DNA of 64,000 bases from Paraspadella gotoi (taxonomy: Eukaryota > Animalia > Chaetognatha), in contig CM119265.1 of assembly GCA_051294375.1 (NCBI GenBank), positions 7,077,489 through 7,141,488 on the forward strand, written 5' to 3'. Under the pieces are notes generated by a model. That model was not told the DNA's origin. It saw only the letters and a list, made by a program, of their open reading frames with translations, and did no database searches. Made by a program: the position numbers and the translations under genes. Positions 46,386 to 64,000 of the stretch are shown here, in pieces. The stretch's first letter is position 1, and each line of letters starts with the position of its first letter.

Positions 46386-47429
46386 CCATAATATATACCC
46401 GTGTTTAAAAAAAATATATATTCAAGTTGGTAAACAAAAAATACGAAGGAAAATCAAATACACGAAGAATTGAAAACAGTTTTTCAAAACCTTCGAAGAG
46501 TGAAAACAATGAACAACCATGAAAGCGACGTGTCGCGCGAGGAACGGCAAGGATGAGAAACGAGATGGAACCCGGTCGGACCGACAAGATTCCTGAATGA
46601 TGAGAGGCTCTTTCGCCTTCGTCGTCTTCAAGTTTATGTCATTAATATTAATAAAAAAGAGAGAGGAGAGAGACAGGTTGATTGTTTTTTGCATTAAATC
46701 GACTTTAGAGGTTTAAGAAAATAATCACACGGGGCTGAGGGAGAACTTTCGTGGTTTGTTCAGGTTAGGAGTGTGGAGCTTGGCGTCTGGATCTCAGTTC
46801 CGAATATTGTTCACATTGATATCCCAAAATAATCTTGGGGGCAGCAATCAGAAAAACAAGGTGACTAATGATTAGAGAGCGAATGAATGGTGATCATTGG
46901 TTCGCCGATTCCCTCCAGTGGAACTTCACAAAGGATCACTGTTCACTGAACAGTGTTCAGTGTTCACGGGGATGAACATCAGATCTATTCGTGGATGTGG
47001 ATAGCTGATTGTGATATGTTGTGTGTGAATTGTTGAGCCACAGTTGCTCCACAACACAAGTGATTTTTTTTTCGTTTCGCTTTTGCGTGGAAAAAACTCC
47101 AATCATCAGCGCGAAGTAGAAAATCGTTTTGGTTGGCGAAATGAAAGAAAGAAAAGGCGTTTGGAATTCGTTCGGCCGAACAAAATAGTTGGACCAAATT
47201 GAAAAAAACAAAAAAAACAAAAAGGGGGGAAACAGTTTGGTTTTTCGATGTTTTTGTTTGTTTTTGTTGTTAATACGGTCGCTTTTTGTCTGGGAAAAAA
47301 TGTTTTCGCAATTTAATGCAACTCGACGAAAAAATTAGATTTTTCGGAAGAAAAAAAATAATCAAAAGAAAAGAAAAGAAAAAAAAAAACTCTTAGAAAC
47401 GAGAAACGCCGTCCCAATGGACGCCTTTC

Positions 47430-52181
<4,752 letters not shown>

Positions 52182-53155
52182 CCACGCCCCGAAACGAAAC
52201 GAAGATGATGGTGTTGATGACGATGGTTGAGTCGATGACGACGATGAAGACGATGATAATGACGTCGATCCAGTCGACGACGACGACGACGACGACGATG
52301 TTGCAGACGATGATGTTGCATCCCAAAGACGACTCAGGGATCAAGAGTCGAGATTTATCTCAGAATCGACGAGTCCATTCATCGACGACCAGTTGATCCT
52401 CAATTTGTATCCGAGTGAGTGAGATGGCTTGGATGTGTGCTGTGCGACCTTGACCAAAGTTTGCTTGTAATTTTTGAGTGCATGATGTTATCCTGCTTCG
52501 GATTTCAATTCATATCTAAACTATTATACTAAAATGAATAAATATACATTCTGATAAAAACTAAAAAAAACTTAATTTAAGCTCTCATCTTCGGGCGAGG
52601 GCGAATAATCTCCTGAGTCAGAAAAGTTTTGAGAAAAAAATAATTCAAAAGTTTTGGTAAATCTTTTAACTTCACACGTTTAAAATCAGAAGCGTCAGGA
52701 GCGTCCTATTTTCAGTTCTTGGCAGAAACAGTCCGGAACGAGTCATAGTATACATAGATATTGATTTATATAAATTTAAAATATGTTTTTATTTAAAAAA
52801 CTAGATGAAATTATAAAACTATGAACACTCAAAATTAATTTGAAGCATACAATTCTGTTTTAGATTAGTTTAAAAAACTTTTTCTAACAAAAAATAAAAT
52901 AAAAAAAATCAACCATTAAATTTATTTAAAACTATAAATATAATTTTAATTTATTAAGAAATAAAAATTTTTGATAAAATAAATAAAAAATCTGTCGTTT
53001 AAGTTCGGTACCGACTGTCCAAAAGGGATTCGTCTTGACAGTTTCTACATCTCAGCAATTGTTTTTTTTTACGGTGGGAATTCATCTAAATTTTACCCGA
53101 ATTGACAACAAAGACAAAAACAAAATACAAAATACACTATTTTTTCTGTGCTAAA

Positions 53156-53840
53156 ATGGCGTCTGGGACAAAAAGACAAGAAGCAGTTTTGGAAGAAATC
53201 AACAATGAATGGATTCATTGCGGGCGATTCGATTTTATTAAGGTTAAGATTTGTATAATGTATCTTATATATTGTATCTTGTATATTGTGTTGATTTTTA
53301 TAGTTTATGACAGAGCGCCTTTCTTTATATTTATTTGCTGGTTTCGACCTGTCAGTATCTTAATTTTATAAAGTTTAACAGAATAAGGTCGACTAAGAAA
53401 TAAGTAAAACGGCATAATATTAATAACATAATTTTTTTCGTCGTATTGTTTCGTAGGATTTGGGAGAGAGACTGGAGTCTTACAAGCTCCGATTCTTGGA
53501 GCAGGATCGTGACAGGAGCGGCGCCATCAACTTGATGGAGTTGAAACAGATGATGGAGCGGATGGGGCTCCCGAAAACTCATTTAGAGTTGAAGAAGATG
53601 ATGGGGGAGATCGATTGCTCTGCGGTCGGACTCATCACCTACGGGTAAGCTCTTCATTGTCTGACTCATCACCTACGGGTAAGCTCTTCAGTCTTCATTG
53701 TCTGAGAAAATTTTCTTCAATGTTTTCCATTTGGTCCATTTTCAAACAGGGACTTCTTAAAAATAATGTTGGGGCGCGCGGATTCCGTCCTCAGAATGAT
53801 TTTGATTTTCGAAGAACGCGAACAAAAGACGAACTTTTGA
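53156..53840 (+). CDS. AIF1: Allograft inflammatory factor 1 / Iba1-like EF-hand protein (3 exons, 121 aa)
   Basis: Exons 53156-53242, 53457-53644, 53750-53840. QEAVLEEINNE, EF-hand DRDRSGAINLMEL, signature MERMGLPKTHLELKKMM, DFLKIMLG...VLRMILIFEE. Confidence 0.9.
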
Positions 53841-54446
53841 AGGAAAACTTTAAAGAAAGATCACAACATTATGCCTCAATTTGAAGTTTTAAATATATAT
53901 TACAGAATATACAATATTTATAGTTTGATACATATATTTACGATACTTATGCGACGAATGTTGGTGTTTCTAAACTTATATATATAGTATTTCAATTGGA
54001 TTTGTATAAAAATCTTATAATTTGAAATTGAAATGTGTTATTCTTATTTTTTCATTTTTTACTGGATGAGCCGTCAAATAAATGAAAAAAATACAGTTGG
54101 TTACACTCCTCATTTGCGCATTCAAACTTATTTTTCTATTGATTATTTGATATTCAATGTGCCAGCATAATAAAAAGTCATTCCCAATTCGTGAATTGTG
54201 ATATCATTTAAATAATTTTCAGCCAGAGTGTTATCGCATGTATAAATCATAAAAATAAAAACAATCAAACAATAAAAACAATATAAAAACAAATATATAA
54301 ATATATATAAATAAATAAAATATAAAAACCAAGCCGGTGTCACAGGCTCTGGCAACAATATTCGCAAGTAATTCGGGCGTAACATTGCAGACTACAGACT
54401 ACAAGCGGAACGAAAGGCGCTTCATTCATCTTCAACAGAGAGAGAA

Positions 54447-54527
<81 letters not shown>

Positions 54528-55774
54528 CAAATAAAAAGAAGTGAATTGGAAAGTTGTCCTCGACCAGGGATCTAATTTGGAGATGGCCGCAGCGGCGGGC
54601 GGGAGAGCAGGGAGTAAGGCGGGGTGGAAAAGGGTATGGAAAGAAAACAAAAGAAAAAAAGAGATTAAAAAGAGGAAGGGGAGAAAGAAAACATGAGGAA
54701 CAAACTCATTTAACAGGGGAGAGGGGAAAGGGGAGAAAATGAAAAAGAAACTATGAAAGTGAGTTCTCTTTTAAAAAAAATTAAAAAGGGAAGAGAATAA
54801 TAAGGACATTGAAAAAAGGAAGGGATAAAGAGGGAAAGGATAGAAAGGACAAAGTGGGATGACGAGAAGTTAAAAAAACCAGAGGGAAGTTAACAGAAGA
54901 GAATATAGACTTGGAGAAGAAGAGAAGGGTGTGGAAAAAAAAACGTGGAAGATGTGACATAAGATTAAGAGGAAACAGATGTCGACAAGAAAAAAATGAT
55001 GAAAAAACATGGGAAGGGAAGAGCGCGTCGAAATAAGGAAGAGCCAAGATGGACGGGGTGAAAAAGCAAATTAAAGCCAAGACGGGGGCGTCGGAAGGTG
55101 AAGGAAAAAGAAGGAAACGAAGGAGAGGGAAAAAAAGAAGATAGTTTTTATCGGGGACTCGTAGTAATTTGTTGCCGCAATCGGTGGAATCGGTTTCACT
55201 GCCAAGAACCTTCCGAGTCCAACACGAGGTTTTCCAATTACAGTCTACAGATACGGCGATGTCGATTTTTAACGCTTTCCGTATCCCGAATGAATATGGT
55301 TACGATGTTTACATTTTATAACGGTTTTGAAGGCAAATTTAACTTATTCTATTCTAAAATAAAGCAACAAAAGTTTGAAATTGTATTTTTATGAAATATT
55401 TTGTATCATTTGAGGTACAGAATAATATAAAAAAAATTTCTCCAAATTAACTTTTTTTAAATTTTTACAATTTTTGTTCAATTTCCAACAAATAATAATT
55501 CATTTTCTTTCATAAACTTGGCTTAACCAAGATAATATTAATAATTATTTATTCATTCGATAAACAGGCTATCTTGCCACTGACTGTCATTTGAATAACT
55601 TAGGCGATGTTCTTTTTATGATAAGAGAAAGCCCTCTTGAGACAACCAGAGACAAAAAGCACATTATTCTTAAATTATAATCATAAAATTAGGTTTGAAT
55701 TATTAAAACAGTTTTACCCAAATTTCAAGATAATATTTGTTCTTGTCTATATGTTAGAACCAACTCTAGTCCCT

Positions 55775-55794
55775 AGAATGTTCTAGAATGTTCG
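55775..55794. promoter_or_regulatory. Heat shock element, four alternating nGAAn units
   Basis: aGAAt gTTCt aGAAt gTTCg, ~50 nt upstream of TATAAG (55846) and ~200 nt upstream of the sHSP ATG. Confidence 0.9.
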
Positions 55795-55987
55795 AGTTTG
55801 CGCGTCTCGAGCTTTCACGTAAGTTGCGTCATCCCACATTGCAAATATAAGAGAAGGACATCAGGAGTTCTTCATTATTCGACGACCTGCGTACTTATTT
55901 TCATTTTCGAACATTACCAAAAAATTTAAAGATTTGGATTCAAATTTTTATATATTTTCAACATTCTTTACGAAAATTATTATCAAT

Positions 55988-57073
55988 ATGTCACTTCAGG
56001 TACGTTTTTATGATTTCATTGGCCGTTTCACCGACGTAACTCTCAACTCTCAACAAGTCCGAAATATAAGTTTACTAAATTTGATTGTGTCTGACAGATT
56101 GGATCCCGCTTCTATCGCCCCTACATCGTGCGACTCGCGCAACGCGGCGTCTCTCCCGGGGCGCCCTCGCGCGTCGCTACGAGAATTTCGGCTCGCAATT
56201 TCGGGCTCTATCGATTGGAGTCGCCATTCCGGCGATCACGAGACGTTTTCGACATGATGGAAAAAGAAATGAGGTAATTTTCCGGTTGGAAAGAGTTCAT
56301 TGCGTCTATTTTCGGGGTCAACGCCAGTCAACGGCTTAACTTACGCGCTTTCTAAGCACGTTTCAGTGCTCACTTGTTTGTTCATACATTGAGTCGGGGT
56401 TTTTATATCAGGAAATTTGAGCGACAAATGGAAAGATTTCGTGGCGTGGGTTTTTCGAGGGCGGGGTTGCCGGAAGCGGAGGCGTTACCGGAGGAACACG
56501 TGACCAGCGCCGCCGACGGGACGAAGTCGCTCAAACTCGAATTCCAGATGAAGGATTATCGACCCGAAGAGATTGAACTCAGATTCGACAGGTCTGTAAA
56601 CATCTGTAAACATCTGTAAAACATCTATTTATTTCTAGTTAATTAATTTTAACTTCCAAGACATCGTTTCGGACTTTTATTTTTTCAATAAATAATTGTC
56701 GGTGTCTCTAACACAAAAAAACCTTTCATTTTATCCCTTATTTGCAAGATAAACTTCGTTTTTGGTCGGGATGAAATGAAATAAAATTAGTGTTTAATTT
56801 ATAAAATAAATAAAAAATAAATACTTAGGGATTAAAACGATAATTTTAATACTAAGGCGCGACAAGACCCTCGAGATCCACGCGTCCCACGAATCAGCCG
56901 TCGACGGTCACAGCGTCTCGCGTCGCTTTGTCAAAGTTTTTCGTCTTCCACCGGAAGTTGACGTTGACGCCATGAAGTCGTCGCTCAAGGACGGCGCCTT
57001 GAAGATCGAAGCGCCTCTGACGGAGAGAAAAGTCAATAACGTGATCGACATTCCAATTGAGAAATCGGAATAA
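55988..57073 (+). CDS. Small heat shock protein (alpha-crystallin domain) with a predicted mitochondrial presequence (4 exons, 194 aa)
   Basis: Exons 55988-55999, 56098-56273, 56412-56591, 56857-57073. ACD LKLEFQMKDYRPEEIEL...LEIHASHE...SRRFVKVFRLPPEVD...SSLKDGALKIEAP; C-terminal IPI motif. Confidence 0.92.
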
Positions 57074-59451
57074 GGACGAACGTACTTTTTATGGCCAGCC
57101 AACCAACCAACCAGAAGACTGACTGCATTTTTTGAGTGGAGACTGTAGTCTACTGTGTAATTTGTATCTACATAGACCGTGTTTTTGGCGCAATTATTAT
57201 TTCTATTATTTATTTTTTTGGTTCTATTTAAAGATGTTGAATAAATAATATAATTAATACTTTACTCTATAAACAGTATACAGTTTACATTATACCATAA
57301 TTACAGTGATCAACTTTATAAACTTAAAAATGCCATAATTTTAGTTAGTTTTCGGGAAACTCAAGTCGTCACGGGATGAAACCTTGGGATCGTATTTGTT
57401 TGTTTTGGGGGGAGTGGGGAATAAACAGCGAAGATAGTGAATTTCGGTTTCCCAGGCAACGGCAACAATGGTCTATGTTTGGGGCGGAGAATATCAAGGA
57501 ACGGCGATTCTTCTGTGTCCCAAACGGGCTCGCTATTTCTCGAGGAAAAAAAATATAAAAAAAAGTTCTGAAGATGATACGCGTCAACAAACCGTCCTAT
57601 ACCGAGTGACTATATTTAGAAGGACGAGAAACTCGTAATGATAACTATTTTCTGATTTAAGGATATACCTTGAGAACTACGAAGTTGGAAAGAATTGAAC
57701 TCATGACTTTACGGGAAATGAATGAAAAGATCTATTGGCCAATAGCAATAGTAAGAATAACAACATTTGTACATTGTACAGAGATACAAAAATAAATATT
57801 TCGAGATATCTGTTTACGTCATAATCATTTTGAGAGGCTAGCACGTCACGCTTTATGTCATAGTTATTAGAAATTACTACAGGGTAGGGATTCCAAAATT
57901 AGTTTCTCTGGGCCAGTTTTCAGCTTAAAACCATTTCTAAAAAATATATCTTAATATTCCCTCTCATTTTGTTATATAATAATTATATATATCATATACT
58001 ATTAGAATTAGGAATTATTACAGCTATTTATAAGGATGCTGCAGCTTACAATTGTAGCAGACCCCAAAAACAATATTTTGCAAAAGAAAATTACAAACGG
58101 TTGGGCCGTGACTTTCATGAATTACAAGATTTTCAAAACCAAATTATTACTCGCCTAACAAATACAGATTGTAGAATGTAGATTCATTATTTGAAGTGTA
58201 TTTGATACATAAAGGATTTAATTCGATCACTTATTCATTAATGAATGAAGCTGCGACTAACTACAGCGATTTTGGATTCCGATAACCGATCGCCCCATAT
58301 CCACGCCCACTTGGGGCCCTTCAGTCGACCCCTTTTCTCTCCCGCAAGGCCGGAGCCGGCCATGTCTCCGCGTCGGGGCGTGACGAAAGCATAGAAGCCC
58401 CCAAGGCGTTGGCGCCGTCGCCCCACTCAATCCTGTGTTTTCACGCCCTCTGACGTTTCGGTCCGTTGATTGGGACGAGGGATAGAGATAGTGTGAGAGA
58501 TGGGAGAAAAGAGGGAAAGAGAAAGAGGGAGACAGAGAGAGGGAGATATTTGAAAACTTTTTCTTTTCAAAGTATTTTAAAATCGCTTTGACTAAGTTTA
58601 GAAGAAAAATTAAGTAAAGTTTTGTTTTTAAAAGTAAAAAAAATAAATTATCACATACTTGATTATAAGCGAAAAATTAGAAAAAGAGATATTAGGGATA
58701 TGAGGCGAATCTAGCCATTGCCAGCCTAGCTCAATACAATATTTATTTTTTCTTTCAATTTAAGTATGAATCTGCTTCCGTCCATATGGGAACGCCTTTT
58801 GGGTGAAAACTCGCGAGTGAAATATGGTTGTTAACTTTCACTTCCGGGTACCAACTTTCTTTTAGTAAAAGAAGTTTTACTGATTAAAAATTTTTTTCGC
58901 CAACACAGAGAACAATTACTAAGCTTATTCAATAGTCAAAGAACCTTTAATCGAATAAAATATTGGTTGTACCAATTTCATAAATATAGGAAATTGTAAA
59001 TACTTATTGACTATTTATAAAATTTATACAGAGACATTTAAAAAATAAAAAAATCCCAATGTTGAATGATCAGCATGAAAAATAGGGGGGGTCGTTTTTA
59101 AATGGCGATATAGCACGAACTTCACTGATTCGCGAGCGTTTTCCCAGAATAATGAATGCATATGGGAAACCTAGCACCATAACCGGTTACAAACTTTGTA
59201 TATTCCTATTCTTTTAAAACAGTTAAATAATTATACGAAAAAATGAATTTTACCGGTAGGTGCATTGTTGATTACATCAAAAAGCTCGGCGAAACCACCC
59301 ATCCTGGAACAAGGCTTTAAACTATTTTCGCTTTCGCTCTCGTTGATAAAAATGCTTGGATCTAGCGATCGAACATAGTTTATCCGCATACCGAGAAAAT
59401 TTCATGGTATCGCGCTGGCCAAAAAAAGTTTAATTTGTTTTTATTGCCACG

Positions 59452-60650
59452 ATGGATAGAGCAATAAATTTCGTCAAAACGATTAAGGTCAGAATATTTG
59501 GAGAAAGACCGTATCGCTTGAGGTAAGTAACAGTTTTTTATAAAGTCTTTTCAAGACTTTATTGTATAAATATTACATTCTCAATTTACGTACCCACGTC
59601 CACGATAGCGACGGTTTGGGCTTGAGCGATCATAGCCTCAGAAATAGGAATTCCAACAAGCCCGTGAGACGAAGTTTTCTCGGATGGAACTGGGGTAGGA
59701 ACCGAAACCAAAATGCGGAAGGGGAGGAAGAAGAAGGGGAGGAAGTAGAAGAGGAAGAAGAGGAGTACAAGGTAAAACAGTCAGCTAAAATTTCGACTTT
59801 TTAATCAACTAATTTCAAGCCAAGATATTTTTTATTTTTATAAACAGGGAGGAGTTAATATGACGATACTGGTGACGTCGGTGTTCATTGTCACAGCGTT
59901 GTTTACCGGGTTCGCCGTTTACATGATGATGCAGGTTGACGAGAAGGCGGCACGAGTGGAACAGAAAGCCGGAATGCAAGGAATAGGTACATAGTCGGTA
60001 TTTCGGTTAGACGTGTTAGTTTACGAAGAGAAATTTATTGTAAATGATTTTTGTTTTGGCTTATGTCAAATAGACAAAACGACCGAAAAAGTTTCGAAAC
60101 CCACAAGCGCGACGACAACGGGACCTTTGGCTCCGACAATGGCGGGAAGAGGGAACGAAACGTTCACTCAATCGAGCGCTGCCTCCGGTGGTGGCGGTAG
60201 CGCCCCGGCAAGCGCCAGCAAGGCCAGCAAGTCCTCTAAGTCGAGCCGGCAACATGATATTGCTGACGAAGCGTTACTCAACAAGCTTAACGAGAGAAAT
60301 AGATATAGTCTGCTCAATGTCGCATCGGTGATTAACAAACTAGAGTTATTGAGAATCACATTTCAACAACTTCAAGCGAATGAGTTTTCTTTACCGTGTC
60401 CCTTCCCACCCCTCCGATTCCTTTTTCTTGAAAGATTGTGAAAAAAATGACCAGAGCCAAAGAAGCACTGAAAGCATTGGGAGAGGCAACTTTCGATCGT
60501 GGTCAGGTAAAAGCAAAAAATAAATGCGTTAATTACATAAAGAATGCTGAGAGCTCTATTAATTCAAAAACACGATTTTTTTTAAAACATTAGGCGAAGG
60601 GAGCCAAGGAAGCTTTCGAGCATCATGGTTTTCGTGTAGTCGACGATTGA
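59452..60650 (+). CDS. Uncharacterised single-pass (type II-like) membrane protein
   Basis: ATG in gccacgATGg context. Exons give a basic then poly-Glu N-terminus, TM ILVTSVFIVTALFTGFAVYMMM, an S/T/G-rich linker with NET sequon, and a helical C-terminus. One internal donor is ambiguous. Confidence 0.65.
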
Positions 60651-61756
60651 ATTCAACGAATAAGTGGATAATTGATTCCATTTGAATGTTATAATTTGTT
60701 CGTCTTATAAATATTATTTTGGTTGAAATATAGAGTGAAAGAAAGAGGAAGTTTCCATACTTGCATTAGCAGAATAGAATCTATGTATATTGAGTATTAG
60801 GGCGGAGCAAGGGAAAAAACTAATAGTTCGGTAATATAAATATCACTGAGAGAACGAATTTAAAAAAAATTTTACTTTGGCTGACGGGGTTTTAGGGTCT
60901 TTTGAAAAACCATTTAAAAATACTTATTTAAAAAAAAATTGAAAATTATTACCTCACAGTTTGACAGTTTTGGAGTACTAAGCTTTAACAAGTCAAAAAT
61001 TAAGAAGAGGGAGAGAAAGAAAGAGGGAGAGAAAGATACAGAGAGAGTAAGGGAGAGAGTGAATCGGTGAGATAAAGCTTCAAACAAAGGGTTGAGGGAA
61101 AGGCAACAATTGGAGGGTGAGATTTAGGTCAGATTGAAATACAAGATGGGAAAGAAAATGAAAGGTCAAAGGAGAAATTATTAATGCAGAGGTAATAAAT
61201 TAAATTCAAATTAGACTTTACATTGGAATAATGCATAACCAATAATAATGTAAGGTAAACTAAAATAAAAATTATAACAACAACAACATTTGAAATTAGT
61301 TTTAATAGTTTTGTGAATAGTGAAAGGAAAAATGAAATTTGTGATTGAAAAGAGAAAGGTAAAGAAAGAAGCTCAAAATGAGCCACAGCCCTCCGCTTTA
61401 TTGGCCATCAGATGAGGGTCAGTGGCAGATTAGGGCTGGTCATTGGCTTGTAACCGGGTAGTGTGAGGGATAAAAAACAGTCATTAGGAAAAATTTGATT
61501 AACTATTTTTGTGTAGACCAAAGGTCAGGAAACCTATCCCTTGACATCTCAATCTCATTCTTCTGCACTCAGTGCCGATTAAATCGATGTAAAAAGGAAC
61601 CGTGTATAGCTTTCAAATCGTTAATTTAAAAAAAAAAAAAAAAAAAAACTACGTTGAAATAGCAAAAAAAATTTATTTCAAAAACATATAAAATGTCATT
61701 GAATGAGAAATATATAATTCAAATTTCAATATCACAGTTGCACGATTCCATTTCGC

Positions 61757-64000
61757 TCAAGAGAGCAATTTTAGCAGCTCCTCAGATTTCTTCTGTAATT
61801 CAACGTTATTGTCCAATTTCATGGCCGTCAACGGTTGAACGGCCTGGTCGAGAACCTCTCTCGCCATGATCAGTCCGGAGGGTGATTTTAAGATCGTCTC
61901 TAAAATCTCAACAGAAACCTTCCGCAGCATCACGTACTTTTCGTTTGCAATGTTCTGCAAGGCGGCCTTAATCATGGGCTCGACGACTGCGTTGAGCTCG
62001 TCAGGGCGCACGCACTCCACTGATTCTTTTAATTGCCAATGCTTTTCCGCCACCATTGACAATCCTTTAAGCGCCGACAATCGAATCTTCCACGAGTGTA
62101 AGTTCGAGGAACGAAGCACAAGCGTCGCGATGGTGTCACGACCCACTTCCTCTTTCTGCGACGGCTTGGAAGCAGGAAAGGCCCTCCCAAGGGACTCCAG
62201 TGCCGACTCCTCAAATTCGAGCCGCGGGGAAGAGTTTCTGTTACCGTCGTGCTCCATCACGTCGTCGTCGCCGTCGTCACCCATTTTTTTGAGTCGAGTA
62301 ATGACGATTTCGCCCAAGTCGGAAAATTTTTCGTATTCGCCCCAAGCCTCGATGACGCGAGAGGCGCAATCCACGGCAACTCTTTTATAGATCAAATTCT
62401 CTTTTCTGGCCTCGCGAAGAAGTGTGGAAAGCAAGGACGGCCGCATAGTTAAAAGCGGATCGTTCAAGTCATCGCCGTCGATTTCCATATCGATTTCCCC
62501 ACGACAGAAAAATCTCTGCAAAGTGAAAAAGTTTTCATGATCGACTACGAATGTACTATGTACTAATTCGAAACTCAGCTAAAAAGCTATACCTTGTATT
62601 GACAACAGAGCTGCTGGGTGGCTTCGAGCAGTGCCTCCTTTCCTTCCCAGGTTCGCCCACCCAGTCCCTCTATGGCAACGGCTTCGAGCAAACTCTTCAG
62701 GATTTTCGGGTCCATCTTATCGTGAGGCAAACGTTGAGCGAGGGTCGACGCAGCGCGACCCGCTTGAGCCCTTATGCCCCAAGACTGAAAAGACAGCGTC
62801 GACGTTATCATCTGAACGATTTCCTGTGGAGAAGGTGAAAAAAATTCCACACTAAGCAAATCCGTCACAGGGCAAGAATCATTTATGTCATACCTTGAGA
62901 TAAAGATGAATTCCCGATTCCATCCCAGGTGTCACTTCCGTCCATATTTCCAGCCATCCGGCGGAGGCGGTGCCGTCGTTCATGTTTTCGTCGTCGTGCT
63001 CGTGCATAGCGACGAAAGCGAGTGGCATCGCGTGTTTGGCGTGCTCCTTCAATCGGTCCGGCGCATGTTTCGAGATGGCACTCATCGCCGATTCGCAGGC
63101 TCGTCGAAGGTCGCGCTCTTCATGCGGCTTCTCCAGATACCAAACCTTGAGCTTGTCCAGCGCTTTGTCAAGGGTTTTGGCAGAAGCGACTTTCGCCAAA
63201 TGTCCGATGGCCTAGGTAAGTGGGAAGAAATATTATTGCTAGAGTAGTGAGGACTATTGATATTGAAGTTCCTTGAAATGTCTTGTAATGGCGTCATAAT
63301 AACCAAAATTTCGATAGATTAATCATACAGGAAGAATGGAAGATGAAAGAAAAAATGGAAAACGTCATAGACTTAGTAAAGTATACAAAACGCGGACCAC
63401 GGCCCGGTCTGATAGACTAACCGTTGAAAAGGTTCTTCTGACTCCGGACTGCCTGTCGGAAAGACCGCCGAGCAGCGCGGACATCAACTTGGGCGCGTGA
63501 GGCTCCACGACAGCGGCCCTTTGAAAAACGAAGGCGATGACGAGCTCGGCGGCGGCGGCTTTGGTCGCCATTCCAGTTCCAGACTTCAAGACCTCGACAA
63601 GGGACGGCGCTAGCGACACCATCACTTCGTCGTCGACAAATTGGATGCAGAACTTGAGCGTCTCCATGAGCGGAGATGAGTTGGATGCAGAGATTCGTGC
63701 GTCGTCGAGTTTCTCTTGAACGTCGAGGCGATCGGTTCCAGCCAAACGGAGGCTCAAATAATTTAAGGACGAAGACTCGAGGCCGCTGACGGCCTCCAGC
63801 AGCGCCGGCATAAGACGCGCCAAGTGAGGCCTCAGCAAGGGACCTGTCTGTCGGGACAATTTCTGCAAGGTGTCCAGGACGAGGCTGCGGATCTCAGATT
63901 CTTTACTAGAGTAAAGACCGTCCTCTAACAATATAGGGAGCGTAACGGCGATGGCCTTGGAACCGAGTTTTCCGTTGTTCGTGTCGCAGGCGAGGATTGT
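61757..64000 (-). CDS. ECPAS: Proteasome adapter and scaffold ECM29, 3' part (HEAT repeats)
   Basis: LLEAVSGLE...LNYLSLR...LDDARISASNSSPLMETL, PKLMSALLGGLSDR, AMPLAFVAMHE, WLEIWTEVTPGMESGIHLYL, SWGIRAQAG, GLGGRTWEGKEALL. Stop at 61757. Confidence 0.88.

Noticed and set aside
58240-58480. GC-rich island as a structured ncRNA (RNase P/MRP, SRP, ribozyme)
   Set aside because: No conserved P4, SRP or hammerhead core could be completed. An Infernal/Rfam scan would be needed.

Overview
Eukaryotic genomic DNA from an invertebrate animal with a compact, intron-rich genome (many introns of about 55-200 nt, AT-rich spacers, GC/CpG-rich exons, abundant GA/CT microsatellites). The species cannot be identified from the sequence alone. 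Manual splicing gives, in order: a partial rhodopsin-class GPCR (-), tRNA-Cys(GCA) (-), an intronless ZDHHC17/HIP14 (+), a 388-aa unknown protein with a MADS-box-like dimerisation half but no DNA-binding basic region (+), a 4-TM protein with PPxY motifs (+), PHKB (+), a group I-like PAK kinase (+), twisted gastrulation with a long acidic tail (-), a cholinesterase with a GPI-type tail and natural G119S (-), a ~15 kb gene-poor region with a probable assembly duplication around a 25-N gap, AIF1/Iba1 (+), a small HSP with a perfect HSE and likely mitochondrial presequence (+), an unknown single-pass membrane protein (+), and the 3' part of ECM29 (-). The most notable candidates are the MADS-derived non-DNA-binding protein, the Tsg tail, the cholinesterase active-site substitutions, and relaxed splice signals (consecutive GC-AG introns, AAG/GAG acceptors). 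All gene models are hand-built and all homology calls come from motif recognition, not database searches.
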